Positions 1 to 11,423 of a DNA stretch of 64,000 nucleotides are shown piece by piece. Each line of letters starts with the position of its first letter. The stretch's first letter is position 1. Both the position numbers and the translations under genes were made by a program. The notes under the pieces are model-generated. The model saw only the letters and a program-made list of their open reading frames with translations, did no database searches and was not told where the DNA came from. The stretch is from Massalongia carnosa (lineage: Eukaryota): assembly GCA_965645245.1 (NCBI GenBank), contig OZ287079.1, positions 806,001 to 870,000 on the forward strand, read 5' to 3'.

Positions 1-71
1 GACAGCCGTAGGTGCTATGTTCATCGTACTGATAGGTGTTCATTGTGCTGGTAGGAATTGGATATTCAACA
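1..71 (-). repeat. Partial 3' LTR of copia-1
   Basis: Exact match to 5323-5393; adjacent to the PPT. Confidence 0.93.
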
Positions 72-139
72 CCCCCCCTCAAGTCCTACCAGTACTTGTT
101 TCCATCGTGGATTCAACCGTGGTTGAACTTCTTTAACTC

Positions 140-3100
140 TCATGTCTGTTTGTCCATGTTGAGCTGTCTGATAAAGGAGAAGAACTTGACGTGCATGAGG
201 GTTTTTGTCAGTCCATCTGCAATCATGTCTTCGGTCGGAACATAGGTGAGGTCGATTCTTCCTTCTAGCACCTCGTTTCGTATGAAGTAGTGCTGAATGT
301 CGATATGCTTGGTCCTGGAGTGTAATACGGGGTTATTGGCCAGTGCTATGGCGCTTTGATTGTCGCCTTTCAACGCAATTGTGCCTTCTCCTCTTAACAC
401 GTTTATTGTCGGGGATCCGTCATCAGAAGTCATCAATCCGAGTTCGGTCATCAGTAAACGTAGCCATGTTGCCTCCTTTGCTGCTAAGGTGAGTGCCATA
501 TACTCTGCTTCGGTTGATGACAATGTGACGGTTATTTGTCTTTTGGAACACCAGCTTATTGGTCCATTGTTCAGCATGAACACATAACCCCAGTTGGATT
601 TTCGCTGCTATTTGTCGAAGGTGATGTCTCTATTCTTGGTACCGCTAAGGTATCTGAGAATGTGTTTGGCCGCTTCCATATGTGTTTTGCCTGGATTCTT
701 TGCATTTCGACTGATTACGGACGTTGCGAAAGCTATGTCTGGCCTGGTTTCTATCATTGCGAACGTGATGGATCCGACCATGCTTTGATATTGCTTTATG
801 TCCTTGTCGGAGTCCTGAAATTCATTGATGAAGAGACAGCCTTCTCGCATGGGAGTGCTTTATGGTTTTGTTGACTCGATCTCGTTCGACTTTAAGGCCT
901 AGATAGTAGCTGATTGGTCCCATGTCTACCATCTTGAAAGCTAGCTTGAGCTGTTTCTTGACTTCTGTGATCATCGGGGAACCCTTTGGGCTTATGATGT
1001 TCAAATCGTCAACGAAAGAGGTAACAATGTGTCCTTTTATCCCTTGAGGTGTGACGAAAATGTTATGATCTGCGTGGAGTTTCTCCAATCCTAATTTGCT
1101 CAATAGAAAAGCTGACAGTCGTTCATACCAGGGACGCGGAGACTGTTCAAACCGTACAGGGCTTTGTTCAACCTACACACCATGCCAGCTGTGTCATATC
1201 CTTTCGGCATGTGGACATAGATGAGTTGATAATGAGACCGTTCAGAAAAGCTGTCACTATATCCAGTCGCTCGATGTGCAGATAATGATGAGCAGCTAAC
1301 GCGAGTAGCAAGCGAAAAGCCATTGTTTGGCCATAGATGCAAAGGTTTGATCGAAATCTACTCAGTATTGTTGGAGATATCCTTGAAAACCCATCTGGCT
1401 TTAAAGCGAACGATCTTTTCATTTACGTCCCGTTTCAGCTTGAATACTCATTTGCCACTTAAGACTATATGTTCGGGTTCCATGGACTCGGTAGGTAATG
1501 TATCCCAGGTTTTATTCTCCAGCAGACTTTTGATCTCATCCATTACCCAGACTGACTCCATTCGTTTGCGTATTTGGAGTTCATTGCTCGATGATATGTT
1601 GAGTCGTACGTGGGTAGATCGGTCCTATCCTTGAATGTGGCGTCTTCATGAATTCGTAAGTTCTTGACCCTGATGACCTTGTAGTCTTTTCCATAAAGAC
1701 GCGATAGATGGTGCTTCTGTCATATCCACACAGGATTCCTTTCTGAGCCCTCGGAGAAAATTTAAACAGCCTTGCTGTTTATTCCTTTTCGCTCTTCTTC
1801 GTGAATTAATGCATAGACTGTAGATCCGAGAATTCTCAGGTGATCCAGCTTAGGTGACTTCTTCTCGAAGATCTCATACGGGGTTTTACCTGCTAAGGCG
1901 TTGGTTGGTCTGACGTTCTTGGTGTAACCATGGCTAGAACCACTTCTGCCCACAAGTAGTCTGGAATGTCTCCGGCAATGACACTGCATCTTGTCATGTC
2001 TATGATGGTTCTGCCCATTCGTTCCGCGACTCCGTTTTCATCTTGAGAGTATGGAGCAGCTGTTTCAAACGTTATGCCTTGTTCCAAGGACCAAACGTCT
2101 GACTTGTGACTGCGAAGCTCCGCGCCGAAGTCAGTGCGCAAACTGCTTATGAGTTTAGCCTCTCCGGATTTGTTTTGAGCCATGCTGTAGTATGTCAACA
2201 AGTGATCAAACCATTCACTCTTCTTGTGTCCGGTATAGACATGAGTGTATCTGCTAGCATCACAGGTGAAAGTGAAGAGGTAAAGTTCTTCAAGAAGTCC
2301 TGATGGCTTGATTAGTCCCACAAGGTCAGAGTTTATCTTTTGAAAGAGCTCTGTGGCCTTCTCTTGCCGTGTTCGGTTGTATATCTTTTTGGCTTTTCCC
2401 ATTTCGCATGCATGGCAAAACCAACCGTGGTTGATATCGTCATCGTACGTTATGTCTAGCGTTTTCAGATATTTTCGACACGTTGCTATGTTGAGATGAC
2501 CAAGCCTTCCATGCCATGTAGTGAGTTTTGATTTAACAGATAATGACGTCCAGTCCTTGGATAGGTATCCTCGTCCACTTTGCTCAAATGCATCCTCAAA
2601 TCTGGAGTGTCAATGGTCGTTGAAATGTTGGTTGATGTATGAGATAAGTCCGCCTTCGTTTCTAACGAGGTAGTCTTTTGTTCCTTTGCTCTTCCGGATT
2701 CGAGCGAACTTCTATGTCTTTTTAACTGTGGAAACTTCTGCAAACAGGTATCTAGCCAATGACGAGTGTTCTTTCTCTTGACACATTAAGAGAAGGTGCA
2801 GTTCCCTGATGGGGCTCGACCTCTTGAGTCAGGTGTGCTGATATGAAGTGCCTTGGTGATTTTCATGTTGACATAATAAGCAATAATGGTCTTCATTGCT
2901 TCCGACAGGTTTGTGGTTTCGTATGTTCAATCTCGTCGAAGTTGGGCTATCAATGGGGAATAGACGTCTGGTGTTACCCAGCATCATTCCCTTAAGCATA
3001 AACTCCACGGTATGCACATCCACTTTGGCCTTGTCGTCCAGCATTCCTTTAATCTTGTTTAAAGCGCTCTCGTAATATGCACAGTATAGACTGGTCGTCT

Positions 3101-3521
3101 CGAAGTCGGTCATCTTCTTGGAACTAACCTTCAGAATGATGTCGCTGATGCTCATTGGTGCTATATCTTGGAATCTATCCTTCAGGATTTTCCACATTTC
3201 TGCCACATTCTTGTTGTCGATGAGGCTGTAATGGCACTCCGCAACTAATCCGTGAATGATTCCTATAGCCTTGGTCATCTCGGCCTTCTGTCTATTCTTC
3301 TAGTCACGCAGTTCTTTTACCAAGATGCTGACTGAAAGACCTTTGGCGTCGAAGCCTGCTTGTATTAAACCTTCCTTGATGGTTTCAGCGGTGATTTCTG
3401 ATTGATTCTCCAGAATGGCTCCTTCGCAGTTGTTCTTGAGCAGAATGCCCTTCGTATAGCTTGCCCATGCCGAATATCTTTCGGCTTTCTCCAAAAGATG
3501 TGACGTATCTATGATAGACAT
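140..3521 (-). pseudogene. Copia gag-pol pseudogene (multiple frameshifts, stops and deletions)
   Basis: Fragments in copia order: gag (MSIIDTSHLLEKAERYSAWA...), WHGRLGHL, integrase (SDLVG...RTDFGAE...ENGVAER), RT (FVDDL, YQSMVGS...TRPDIA), RNase H (SSTEAEY, DNQSAI, RTKHID). Confidence 0.92.
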
Positions 3522-4015
3522 AATGGGAGAATGGGGAGCAATTGAACAAGGCGAGAAACTTAGTAGTGACTGAAAGAATGTGGATCTGTGACCTTTCTTA
3601 TAGACAAGGAAAAAACAGTCCCTCCTTAGCCAGTGTCCACTCTGATGTCTCAACAGAGAAACCTGTTTGCTTAACATGCTTGTTTGCCATGATGAGAATT
3701 TCAACTCCGGCTTTTTCAAGGGTCCAATTGCCCAAAAGCAAATTGAGCGCAGGGTTATTCCAATTTGATTTAACCGGCCTTAGGCCGGTTAAATAATAAG
3801 AGGCAACTGCCGCACAATCTCATCTAGTGCCTTAAGGAGGCATAATTGCCAAAAAGAAATGTCTTTGTGCCTTCGATCAATGAGTTTACTAAGCTCTTTG
3901 ATGTCCGAGGGATTTTGTATTTTTTGCGTGTCCAGAACTCAACCACGGGTGAACTGACGCTTTGATGATTTTTGAACCAATGGGGCGCTCAGGGCCAGCA
4001 ATATACTTTTTTTGT

Positions 4016-4870
4016 CTTCGACCATCGAGCTTAGCGAGCTCTTTTGGTGTCCGAGGACTTGGGTGCCTTCGACCATCGAGCGTAGCAAGCTCTTCTGGTG
4101 TCCGAGGACTTGGGTGCCTTCGACCATCGAGCGTAGCAAGCTCTTCTGGTGTCCGAGGACTTGAGTGCCTTCGACCATCGAGCGTAGCAAGCTCTTCTGG
4201 TGTCCGAGGACTTGGGTGCCTTCGACCATCGAGCGTAGCAAGCTCTTCTGGTGTCCGAGGACTTAAGTGCCTTCGACCATCGAGCGTAGCAAGCTCTTCT
4301 GGTGTCCGAGGACTTAAGTGCCTTCGACCAGCGAGCGTAGCAAGCTCTTCTGGTGTCCGAGGACTTGGGTGCCTTCGACCAGCGAGCTTAGCAAGCTCTT
4401 TGGTGTCCGAGGACTTGGGTGCCTTCGACCATCGAGCTTAGCAAGCTCTTTGGTGTCCGAGGACTTGGGTGCCTTCGACCATCGAGCTTAGCAAGCTCTT
4501 TGGTGTCCGAGGGCTTGAGTGCCTTCGACCATCGGGCTTAGCAAGCTCTTTGGTGTCCGAGGGCTTGAGTGCCTTCGACCATCGGGCTTAGCAAGCTCTT
4601 TGGTGTCCGAGGACTTGAGTGCCTTCGACCATCGAGCTTAGCAAGCTCTTTGGTGTCCGAGGACTTGAGTGCCTTCGACCATCGAGCTTAGCAAGCTCTT
4701 TGGTGTCCGAGGACTTGATTGCCTTCGACCATCGAGCTTAGCAAGCTCTTTGGTGTCCGAGGACTTGAGTGCCTTCGACCATCGAGCTTAGCAAGCTCTT
4801 TGGTGTCCGAGGACTTGAGTGCCTTCGACCATCGAGCTTAGCAAGCTCTTTGGTGTCCGAGGGCTTCGGT
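4016..4870. repeat. Tandem array in copia-1 5' leader: about 7 x 51 bp then about 10 x 50 bp
   Basis: Unit CTTCGACCATCGAGC(G/T)TAGCAAGCTCTT(C)TGGTGTCCGAGGACTT(G/A)(G/A)GTGC. Period is 51 from 4016 to 4372, then 50 (GCAAGCTCTT at 4391, 4441 ... 4841). A degenerate copy sits near 3868-3915. Confidence 0.97.
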
Positions 4871-5119
4871 GTAGTACGATCAATGTGTTCATGCTCTTTC
4901 TAACACGCAGTTTTTGTGCTTCTGACAAGAAATCGCTGTGTACAGAAGAGAGAACTGATTGATGTGATTTAAGGGATCGTTTCTAAAGACACAGAAAGAT
5001 TTTAGTCATGTGTCTACGATTCATTGAATAGGAACGATGCTTAGCTGATTGCACTGCGAAGCTGCGGATTAAAAGTTTCGATTCGTTTAAATCGATAGCA
5101 CCCTTCCGGGCTCATAACC

Positions 5120-5393
5120 TGTTGAAATAGGTGTATGACTATGGCTATATGGCTATGTAATAATAAAGGTATGTATGACCGTGATGTTAAGGATGAAGAG
5201 TTGCTAGGCAGCAATCTTTTCCTATTACTGGTCACCCCCTTCTAAGCGAGGTGATCTTATCTTATCTTGGGACTAAGCCTAATGCGGCATCTACGGTTTC
5301 CGTAGATGATCTGTCCATCTAGGACAGCCGTAGGTGCTATGTTCATCGTACTGATAGGTGTTCATTGTGCTGGTAGGAATTGGATATTCAACA
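5120..5393 (-). repeat. 5' LTR of copia-1 (274 bp)
   Basis: TGTTG...CAACA termini, adjacent PBS, matches the window start. Confidence 0.92.
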
Positions 5394-5986
5394 TCTTGTG
5401 TTTGCCCGTGTAAAACGTGCTCTCATCACTGAATCGAACTCGTTTCCAAGCATGCGTCCAGTTCTCGAACTTTATAGAGAAAGCGAGTCGAATTTTTCGA
5501 TTCTTTTCATTAATCAAAGGTTTCGGACATGCTGTGTATTTGCGATAGCCCAACCGAGCTAAACGTCGTGCAAGAATTCGAGGATGAATTGATAAGTTGT
5601 GACGTTTGCATAAATGAGCAAATGACAAACGTCTTCCGAGATATTTCTCCTTAAGCACCCAATTGAGCACCTTTTTGATTTCCCAATCGGAGACTTTTCG
5701 TGCTTTTCCAGTCCGTTCAGCACCTTTTCTCCTGACTGTGTGCCCAACATCGCGCTGTTTTCGCCATTTGCGGAGAGTGTCCCGATGCACCCCTGTGGCA
5801 GCATGAGTTTTATGCAGTGACTGTCCTGCATCCATGCTACCGTAGCACTGATTTTTGGTTGGTGTATCCCATTCTAAATCATGATAACCACCTCGTTTAC
5901 GAATACTTCGAGAACTGCGTGTAATGGCCATGTGATTGATGAATAATTAATGAAAAGTGGGGCACGGACCAATGTCACCTAACTTT
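5394..5986 (-). mobile_element. Tc1/mariner-type element 1, 5' part only, interrupted by copia-1
   Basis: ORF from ATG 5931 encodes an HTH-like region and WKRVRFSDESTF (first catalytic D), then runs directly into the LTR at 5393. Confidence 0.88.
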
Positions 5987-7267
5987 GCACGCGCGTGACA
6001 AAAATGGCCGAACACCAAAATTTAGCGATTTGTTGGATTTACATTTATATCCACAACTACAGCTATTTTACCATCCAGTAAGCTTACCCTGCATGTCTAA
6101 CACGTCATCAATTCTTTTGGGCATTGAATCGATCCATTGATTGATTTTTGCCGGAGAAAGTTTGGCCCAACCCTCCTTAATTGCAGCAATTGTGGTATCA
6201 TCATCCCATTGAGGTTGACGTCCAACCGTTTGTTTTGGAACCTGCCAACAATTCTCGATGGGAGAAAGATCAGGAGAATGAGGACAATTGAAGTAATATC
6301 GTAGCCCATTTGCCTCCTTCCATCGTCGTACGATATTATCCTTTCCTGAACCATGCCCGGAGTCTCCATCCTCTTCCAATACGAATTCATGACCTTCTTC
6401 CATCCATGATTTGACAACCGGCTCCAGAATGGAGTCAATATACACTCGTTGACTCATCATTCCATTCGAATAGCTGGGAACCTTATAAAATATCAACTGC
6501 GACTTGAAATTCCAGCCCACCGCGGCCCAACAATGATATCGTTTCTGCTTTTTATCCTTCTCTTCTGGCTGACGTTGTTCTTGAATGCAGTCCTCACACG
6601 TACGTTGACCAGGCTTCAAAATGATTTGAAGCTTTCGTTGTGGACCTCGCCCGAAGTGAACCTCGTCAGAAAATCGTACCTTTTTCCAATCATTCAAAGA
6701 CCAGGTGTGTCTTTTCTCCCAAGCCCAATCTCTTCGTGTTTTCATCAGATTTTCTGGCACGAAGGTCTTCGTGCAAGCAGTGCATTTATGATAGTTTCGT
6801 TCTTTCAGAGCTCGTTGAATCGTACGCCATGAAACGACGGGAGCCTCCGCAGCTACAGCCAATTGAGTCCAGGTCATCGATCGTCCCTCCAAGCCCCATG
6901 TCTCCAAAATTTCAAGCATACGATCAATTTGCTCTTTAAGCAGCTTATGAAGTCGACCTCGAGGCTCTGCTATGTAAGAATTATGTAAACGACGATTGGT
7001 GCTGATGTCGTTCAGCATTGCATAACCCTGAGTTCTTCCCACTCCGAAAAAATCAAAAACGTCCTGTTTGCTATGCAAAATTCCTTTCGCCTGTGCATAT
7101 TCAATGGTTCCCTGAACCTTAGCCTTAGTAGGAGTAGTATGCGGTTGTTTTTCAGTCAATCGTAGCTCTAAGTTGGGCTCCATATTGGGGGTTTAATGTG
7201 ACTGTACAATCAAAGAAATTTCGCCTAAATTTTGGTGTTCGGCCATTTTTGTCATGCGCGTGCCTTG
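5987..7267 (-). mobile_element. Tc1/mariner-type element 2 with ~40-bp TIRs
   Basis: GCACGCGCGTGACAAAAATGGCCGAACACCAAAATTT (5987-6023) is inverted at ~7227-7263. The right end is followed by TA at 7268-7269; the left TIR lacks its outermost bases. Confidence 0.93.
6068..7183 (-). CDS. Intact Tc1-like DDE transposase (371 aa, DD37E spacing)
   Basis: Uninterrupted ORF with FSDEVHF, EEDGDSGH and SPDLSPIENCW; 37 residues between the second D and E. Confidence 0.92.
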   Translation of the reverse strand: MEPNLELRLTEKQPHTTPTKAKVQGTIEYAQAKGILHSKQDVFDFFGVGRTQGYAMLNDISTNRRLHNSYIAEPRGRLHKLLKEQIDRMLEILETWGLEGRSMTWTQLAVAAEAPVVSWRTIQRALKERNYHKCTACTKTFVPENLMKTRRDWAWEKRHTWSLNDWKKVRFSDEVHFGRGPQRKLQIILKPGQRTCEDCIQEQRQPEEKDKKQKRYHCWAAVGWNFKSQLIFYKVPSYSNGMMSQRVYIDSILEPVVKSWMEEGHEFVLEEDGDSGHGSGKDNIVRRWKEANGLRYYFNCPHSPDLSPIENCWQVPKQTVGRQPQWDDDTTIAAIKEGWAKLSPAKINQWIDSMPKRIDDVLDMQGKLTGW

Positions 7268-7269
7268 TA

Positions 7270-8605
7270 CAGTACTAGGTCAAAAGTTTCCGACAGCCCC
7301 ACCATCAACTTTTTACCCCCCCACTGCTTTGAATTATCAACTATCAAGTTGTTATTTTGATGTCTTGAAACTTCGTACGATGATTACATACATTATAGCA
7401 AGTACATTGGGCTGAGAAATATATTTTTAATATTTCGTATACCATCCTTTTGACTGGATGCAAGCTTCAATCCTCCTTTCCATGCTGTCTACTAAACTCT
7501 TCAGCATTTCCTCATCTATCAAGGCCCATGCTTCTTCCAAAGCTTTCCAAAGTACCTCGCGGACCCTATCATCACCACCAGTCACCGAGTCGATGTCCGG
7601 ATTGACCTGGTAGACGAGCTTTTTGAGCACGTACCAAACGTGCTCGATGGGATTCAAATCAGGAGAATAAGGGGGCCAATCGATGACTGTTATACCGTTT
7701 TCATCGAACCATTTCTTCACCTTTTTGGCAGTGTGAATGGGGGCATTATCCTGCATGAAAATGAGACCTGGTTCCCAAATTCCAAGCAGATTATCGTTCA
7801 ATAATTCCAAATATGAATTCGCGGAGTACCCCATCTTCTTTGCCTCGAAATCGCGGGCCAATTTGTAAAGATCCGACCTCCCCCCCCCCAAAAAGCCCCC
7901 CATACCATGACCTTAACCTCTTTTCCTTTGCCGTACGGTTGTATCATAGGTTTTTTCCATTTTTCGTCCGGAAACCTGAACACCCATTGATGCTGTTTTC
8001 CCGACCCCTTTTCCACCGAGCACTCGTCTGACCATATTATTTTTGACCAGTGCTCAAAATTCCACTCACGCCGAAGCAAGCACCAGTCCAGTCTCTTCTT
8101 TGCCACCTCGGGCGTCAATAAAGGTCGCTTTTTAGCTAGCCAGTTTGTTAGACCATAGTCTTTGAGCGTCCGATAGAGAGTGGATCGACTACATTGCACC
8201 TCAACCTCCGTACGCAGCTGCGCGTAGGTGATGCGTGGATTGATTCGCGCAAGTTTGATGATACGTCATCGATCGCGGTTCGAAAGTATTCCAGGCCGAC
8301 CCGATCGCGATTTGGACTTTTCGTTGTTGCGTTCTGGGTGCTTTTGAAGAGTCTAAATGACGGTGGTTCGAGGCACATTTAATGTCTTTGCAATTCGGCC
8401 GGTGCATGCCCCAACGCCTGGGCTCCAATAATCATACCTCTTTGACATTGATTCAATTCGGTATTACGAGGCTTATTACCAGAAATTGAAGTCAACGGAG
8501 TGCGTGGCATGGTGAAATGATGAGGTCAAAGTTGATGGGTTGGTAGGTTAAAACGCGAAATCACGAAAATCGCGGGTAGAGTCGGAAACTTTTGACACGG
8601 GACTG
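7270..8605 (-). mobile_element. Tc1/mariner-type element 3 (DD34E) with TA target duplication
   Basis: TA|CAGTACTAGGTCAAAAGTTTCCGAC ... GTCGGAAACTTTTGACACGGGACTG|TA. Confidence 0.93.
7427..8510 (-). pseudogene. Frameshifted Tc1 transposase
   Basis: MPRTPLTSISGN..., WSDECSVE, QDNAPIH and WPPYSPDLNPIE are spread over several frames; one shift is at the G-run near 7880-7890. Confidence 0.9.
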
Positions 8606-8611
8606 TACGAC

Positions 8612-11025
8612 TAGGGCTAGGATATGTATTAAACATGTTTATTGACTAACCCGATCGGGAAGTGTTTAATACGTGTCAGTTGGCCCAACTGACAGACACA
8701 GGGATTAGCTACAGGGGAGGGGCGGAAGAAGCGGGAAGATAGAAAGTGGGGAAAAGATACTTTATTTTGTTAGCAATTTTATGTATCTCCTACTCTACTA
8801 GCTAGGTGTTTATCCAAGCTCTCGTCGCATCACCAAATATCGTTTGACTCGCCGGTCTTTTCGATGATGACATGGACGTATCAGATAAAGAGATCTCTTC
8901 TTGCAGTAGTCTATCCTCCATCTCACAAAGATCCGTCTCATTGATGTCGATGCCAGCAAACTGAAGCTTGCTTTTGAAATCTGTTGGCCGATTAAGAGTA
9001 CGCTCATTCATGTAAATAAACATGAGTTTATCGACATTGATGGAATGTAGAGAGTTCCGACTTTTGGTCATGATCAAATTCATGACCGACCAATTTCTTT
9101 CTGCCAGCACCGAATTAGCAGGCAGCATTATTACCTTTCTAGCTATGTTGCTGAGATCAAAAGCAAAGCTTCTGGAAAAGTTCCAAAACAGCTCCGAATC
9201 CGTTTGATATGTCCAGCATTCGGAGGCAGGATAAAAACCGTCTTCTTGATTTCGAAAAGAAAGCCATTGCTTCATTGCCGACTTTGCTTCTTCAACGTTC
9301 AGATATTCAGCAAAGAATCTATGCATGATAGAGAAAAATGCCTGCGACGTGGATACTCCAATCACCTGAATGTTATGATTCTGAGGAACCAACAGAGCTG
9401 CTACCACATGAAGTTCAGTTATTTGACTGAGATATCGATCTTCCCAAACTATCTCTGCAATGTGATGCAAATCCATCTCAGAATCTTCATCCTCTTTGGC
9501 CATTTTATATAGGTGAGATCGAAGCCTGTTCCAATTGGCAGTCACCGCGTACAGTTTATGCCCCTCGGCCTCGGACATGTATTGTGCTTTATGTATGGGA
9601 TCAAGAATTTTCTGTACGATGGCCAGCTTTTTCCAAAACGAGAAGTCGTTGACGAATGTTCCTAAAGGATGACTTCTGCCCTGATCAATGCCCGGAGCAT
9701 TTTGCTGAAAATAATCCAAAATTGCCTGCTTGCTTTTTAGCACCGAGTTCAAAAGGCCTACAGTCGTACCCCATCTGGTCAAAACGTTGAGAATCAGTGA
9801 TTGACGTTGATTGTATGCCTTTGAAAGTTATAAATTAGCAATGACGTTTTGATGCCGCATTGAAATTTCATTCCTACTTACCTTCATCTGAAAATTCCAT
9901 AGAATGGCCAATTCTTTATTCGATCCACGAAAAGCTATCACTATCGACTGAGCTTTTTGCATGATGTCTGCAAAAAAAGGAAGCTTCAAAATGTCTCCCA
10001 AAAGAAGCTGTAAACCGTGACTGTCGCAAGGAACGAAAAAGACGTGTCTCATCCCAGGAAACTTTCGAATTTCAGACCACATGGCCTTCATAGTAGAGCA
10101 AGTATCTGTTCCTATACAATTGACTCTCCAGAGCTGATTATTGGTCGCTTCTCTACAGCCTTTTATCATCCACTCAGCTTGAACAGCTGCAGTCATCGTC
10201 TCAGCGATGCCGGCCATTGCTTTTAAATGAAAGCCCACCCCTCGAGAGGTAGCTGATGAAGGGACATGACAACAGAGATTAATAACCCGTTCCTTCTTAA
10301 TGTTGGCCGTTTCGTCGGTAAAGAAGTTGAGATAACTGCAGGCATCTAACTGCTGATTTATTTTCAGTTTAACCGTCTCATAGGCGTCGTCCAATAATTT
10401 CCCGCCAACGAGCTTATGATGTGGAGGTTTATATCCAGGATGCAGTGCTTGATGATGAGCAATCACATAGGGATTTTCGAAGTGGTTAAACGGAAGATTG
10501 GTCATAAAGACGGACATTGCAGCAGCGCGATGAGCATGCGCAACTTAGGCTTAATTTAAGGGACGAATCAAAGGGGTGATGGGCAACTGAATCAAAGATT
10601 TGCTGCTCCTAGAAGACGTCTCTTGCTGTCTTCTTTCTTGCACTTCTTGAAAGGCATTGCATGTCTGCAAATGCTGCTGACCCCTGGTAGCAACTTTGGC
10701 AGACTGATATCCGCAATGCGTACAACGATGCTGAGGGTATTTCATGCCTTCAATGATGACATCAACGAAATTCTCATCTACCAATGCATTTTTCGGTCGA
10801 CCGCCAGAATGTCCAGATTGTCGAGACATGATCAATGTATGTATAGAGATAATAGGAAGGTACCTCAAATTAGGTAGAAATGTCTAGTAATTTCAGGTAT
10901 TGATCTATGAGAAAGATAAATTTGACATGCTTAAGTAATATTATACCAAAAAGACAGGGTCCAAGTCTGCACGTGACGTATAATACGTGTCAGTTGGCCC
11001 AACTGACGTATTTTTCCTAGCCCTA
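8612..11025 (-). mobile_element. hAT-superfamily DNA transposon
   Basis: TIRs TAGGGCTAGGA / TCCTAGCCCTA. Flanking direct repeat CTGTACGAC at 8603-8611 and 11026-11034. A 27-bp subterminal repeat at 8667-8693 and 10981-11007. Confidence 0.9.
8802..10829 (-). pseudogene. hAT transposase (BED zinc finger, DUF659-like core, dimerisation domain) with two premature stops
   Basis: CTHC...H...C finger, FTDET, TDTC, CDSHGLQLL, TRW and PANSVLAERNWS motifs. GT-AG intron at 9819-9881. In-frame TAA at 10551-10553 and 10545-10547. Confidence 0.88.
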
Positions 11026-11423
11026 CTGTACGACTCTATACCGAATTGACTGTTTATACTTAGTAACCTCAAATCTAGGCTCTATGAAACGAACCTACAG
11101 CCACACTGCTTGAGCTGAACATGACTGTCAGCTTGGTCTTGATTGGCCGAAAGGAGGCGAGACTTATGCATGGTCCTATAATAATAGAAGAAGAGAGTGG
11201 CTAAGCCATGAGGCCGTCAGGCATCAGCCGATATGACATCAATTCGGCGATTTCGCGCCAGCGTGACCTGTCATTCTAATAGTCTGCATTGGTAAATCGC
11301 TTCGTCAGAGTAATTCAGCAAGAAGAAAAAAACGTTGACAACGGTGATGCCACAATATATGCTCCATCCACATGTACAACTTTTAGTTCCATCGACGGCA
11401 CAACTAGTGGCGATTTTGGAACG

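Larger units (their letters stand above)
1..5393 (-). mobile_element. Ty1/copia LTR retrotransposon, degenerate; 3' LTR cut by window start
   Basis: Bases 1-71 are identical to 5323-5393. Full 5' LTR is 5120-5393 (TGTTG...CAACA). PBS GGTTATGAGCCC (minus) lies next to it at 5108-5119, and a polypurine tract (minus GAGGGGGGG) at 72-80. Frameshifted gag, integrase, RT and RNase H fragments lie between. Confidence 0.95.

Noticed and set aside
4016..4870. CRISPR-like array, and the repeat ORFs 3939..4241 and 3962..4441
   Set aside because: Units are contiguous with no unique spacers, there are no cas genes and the context is eukaryotic. The ORFs arise from the 51-bp period and break in the 50-bp block.
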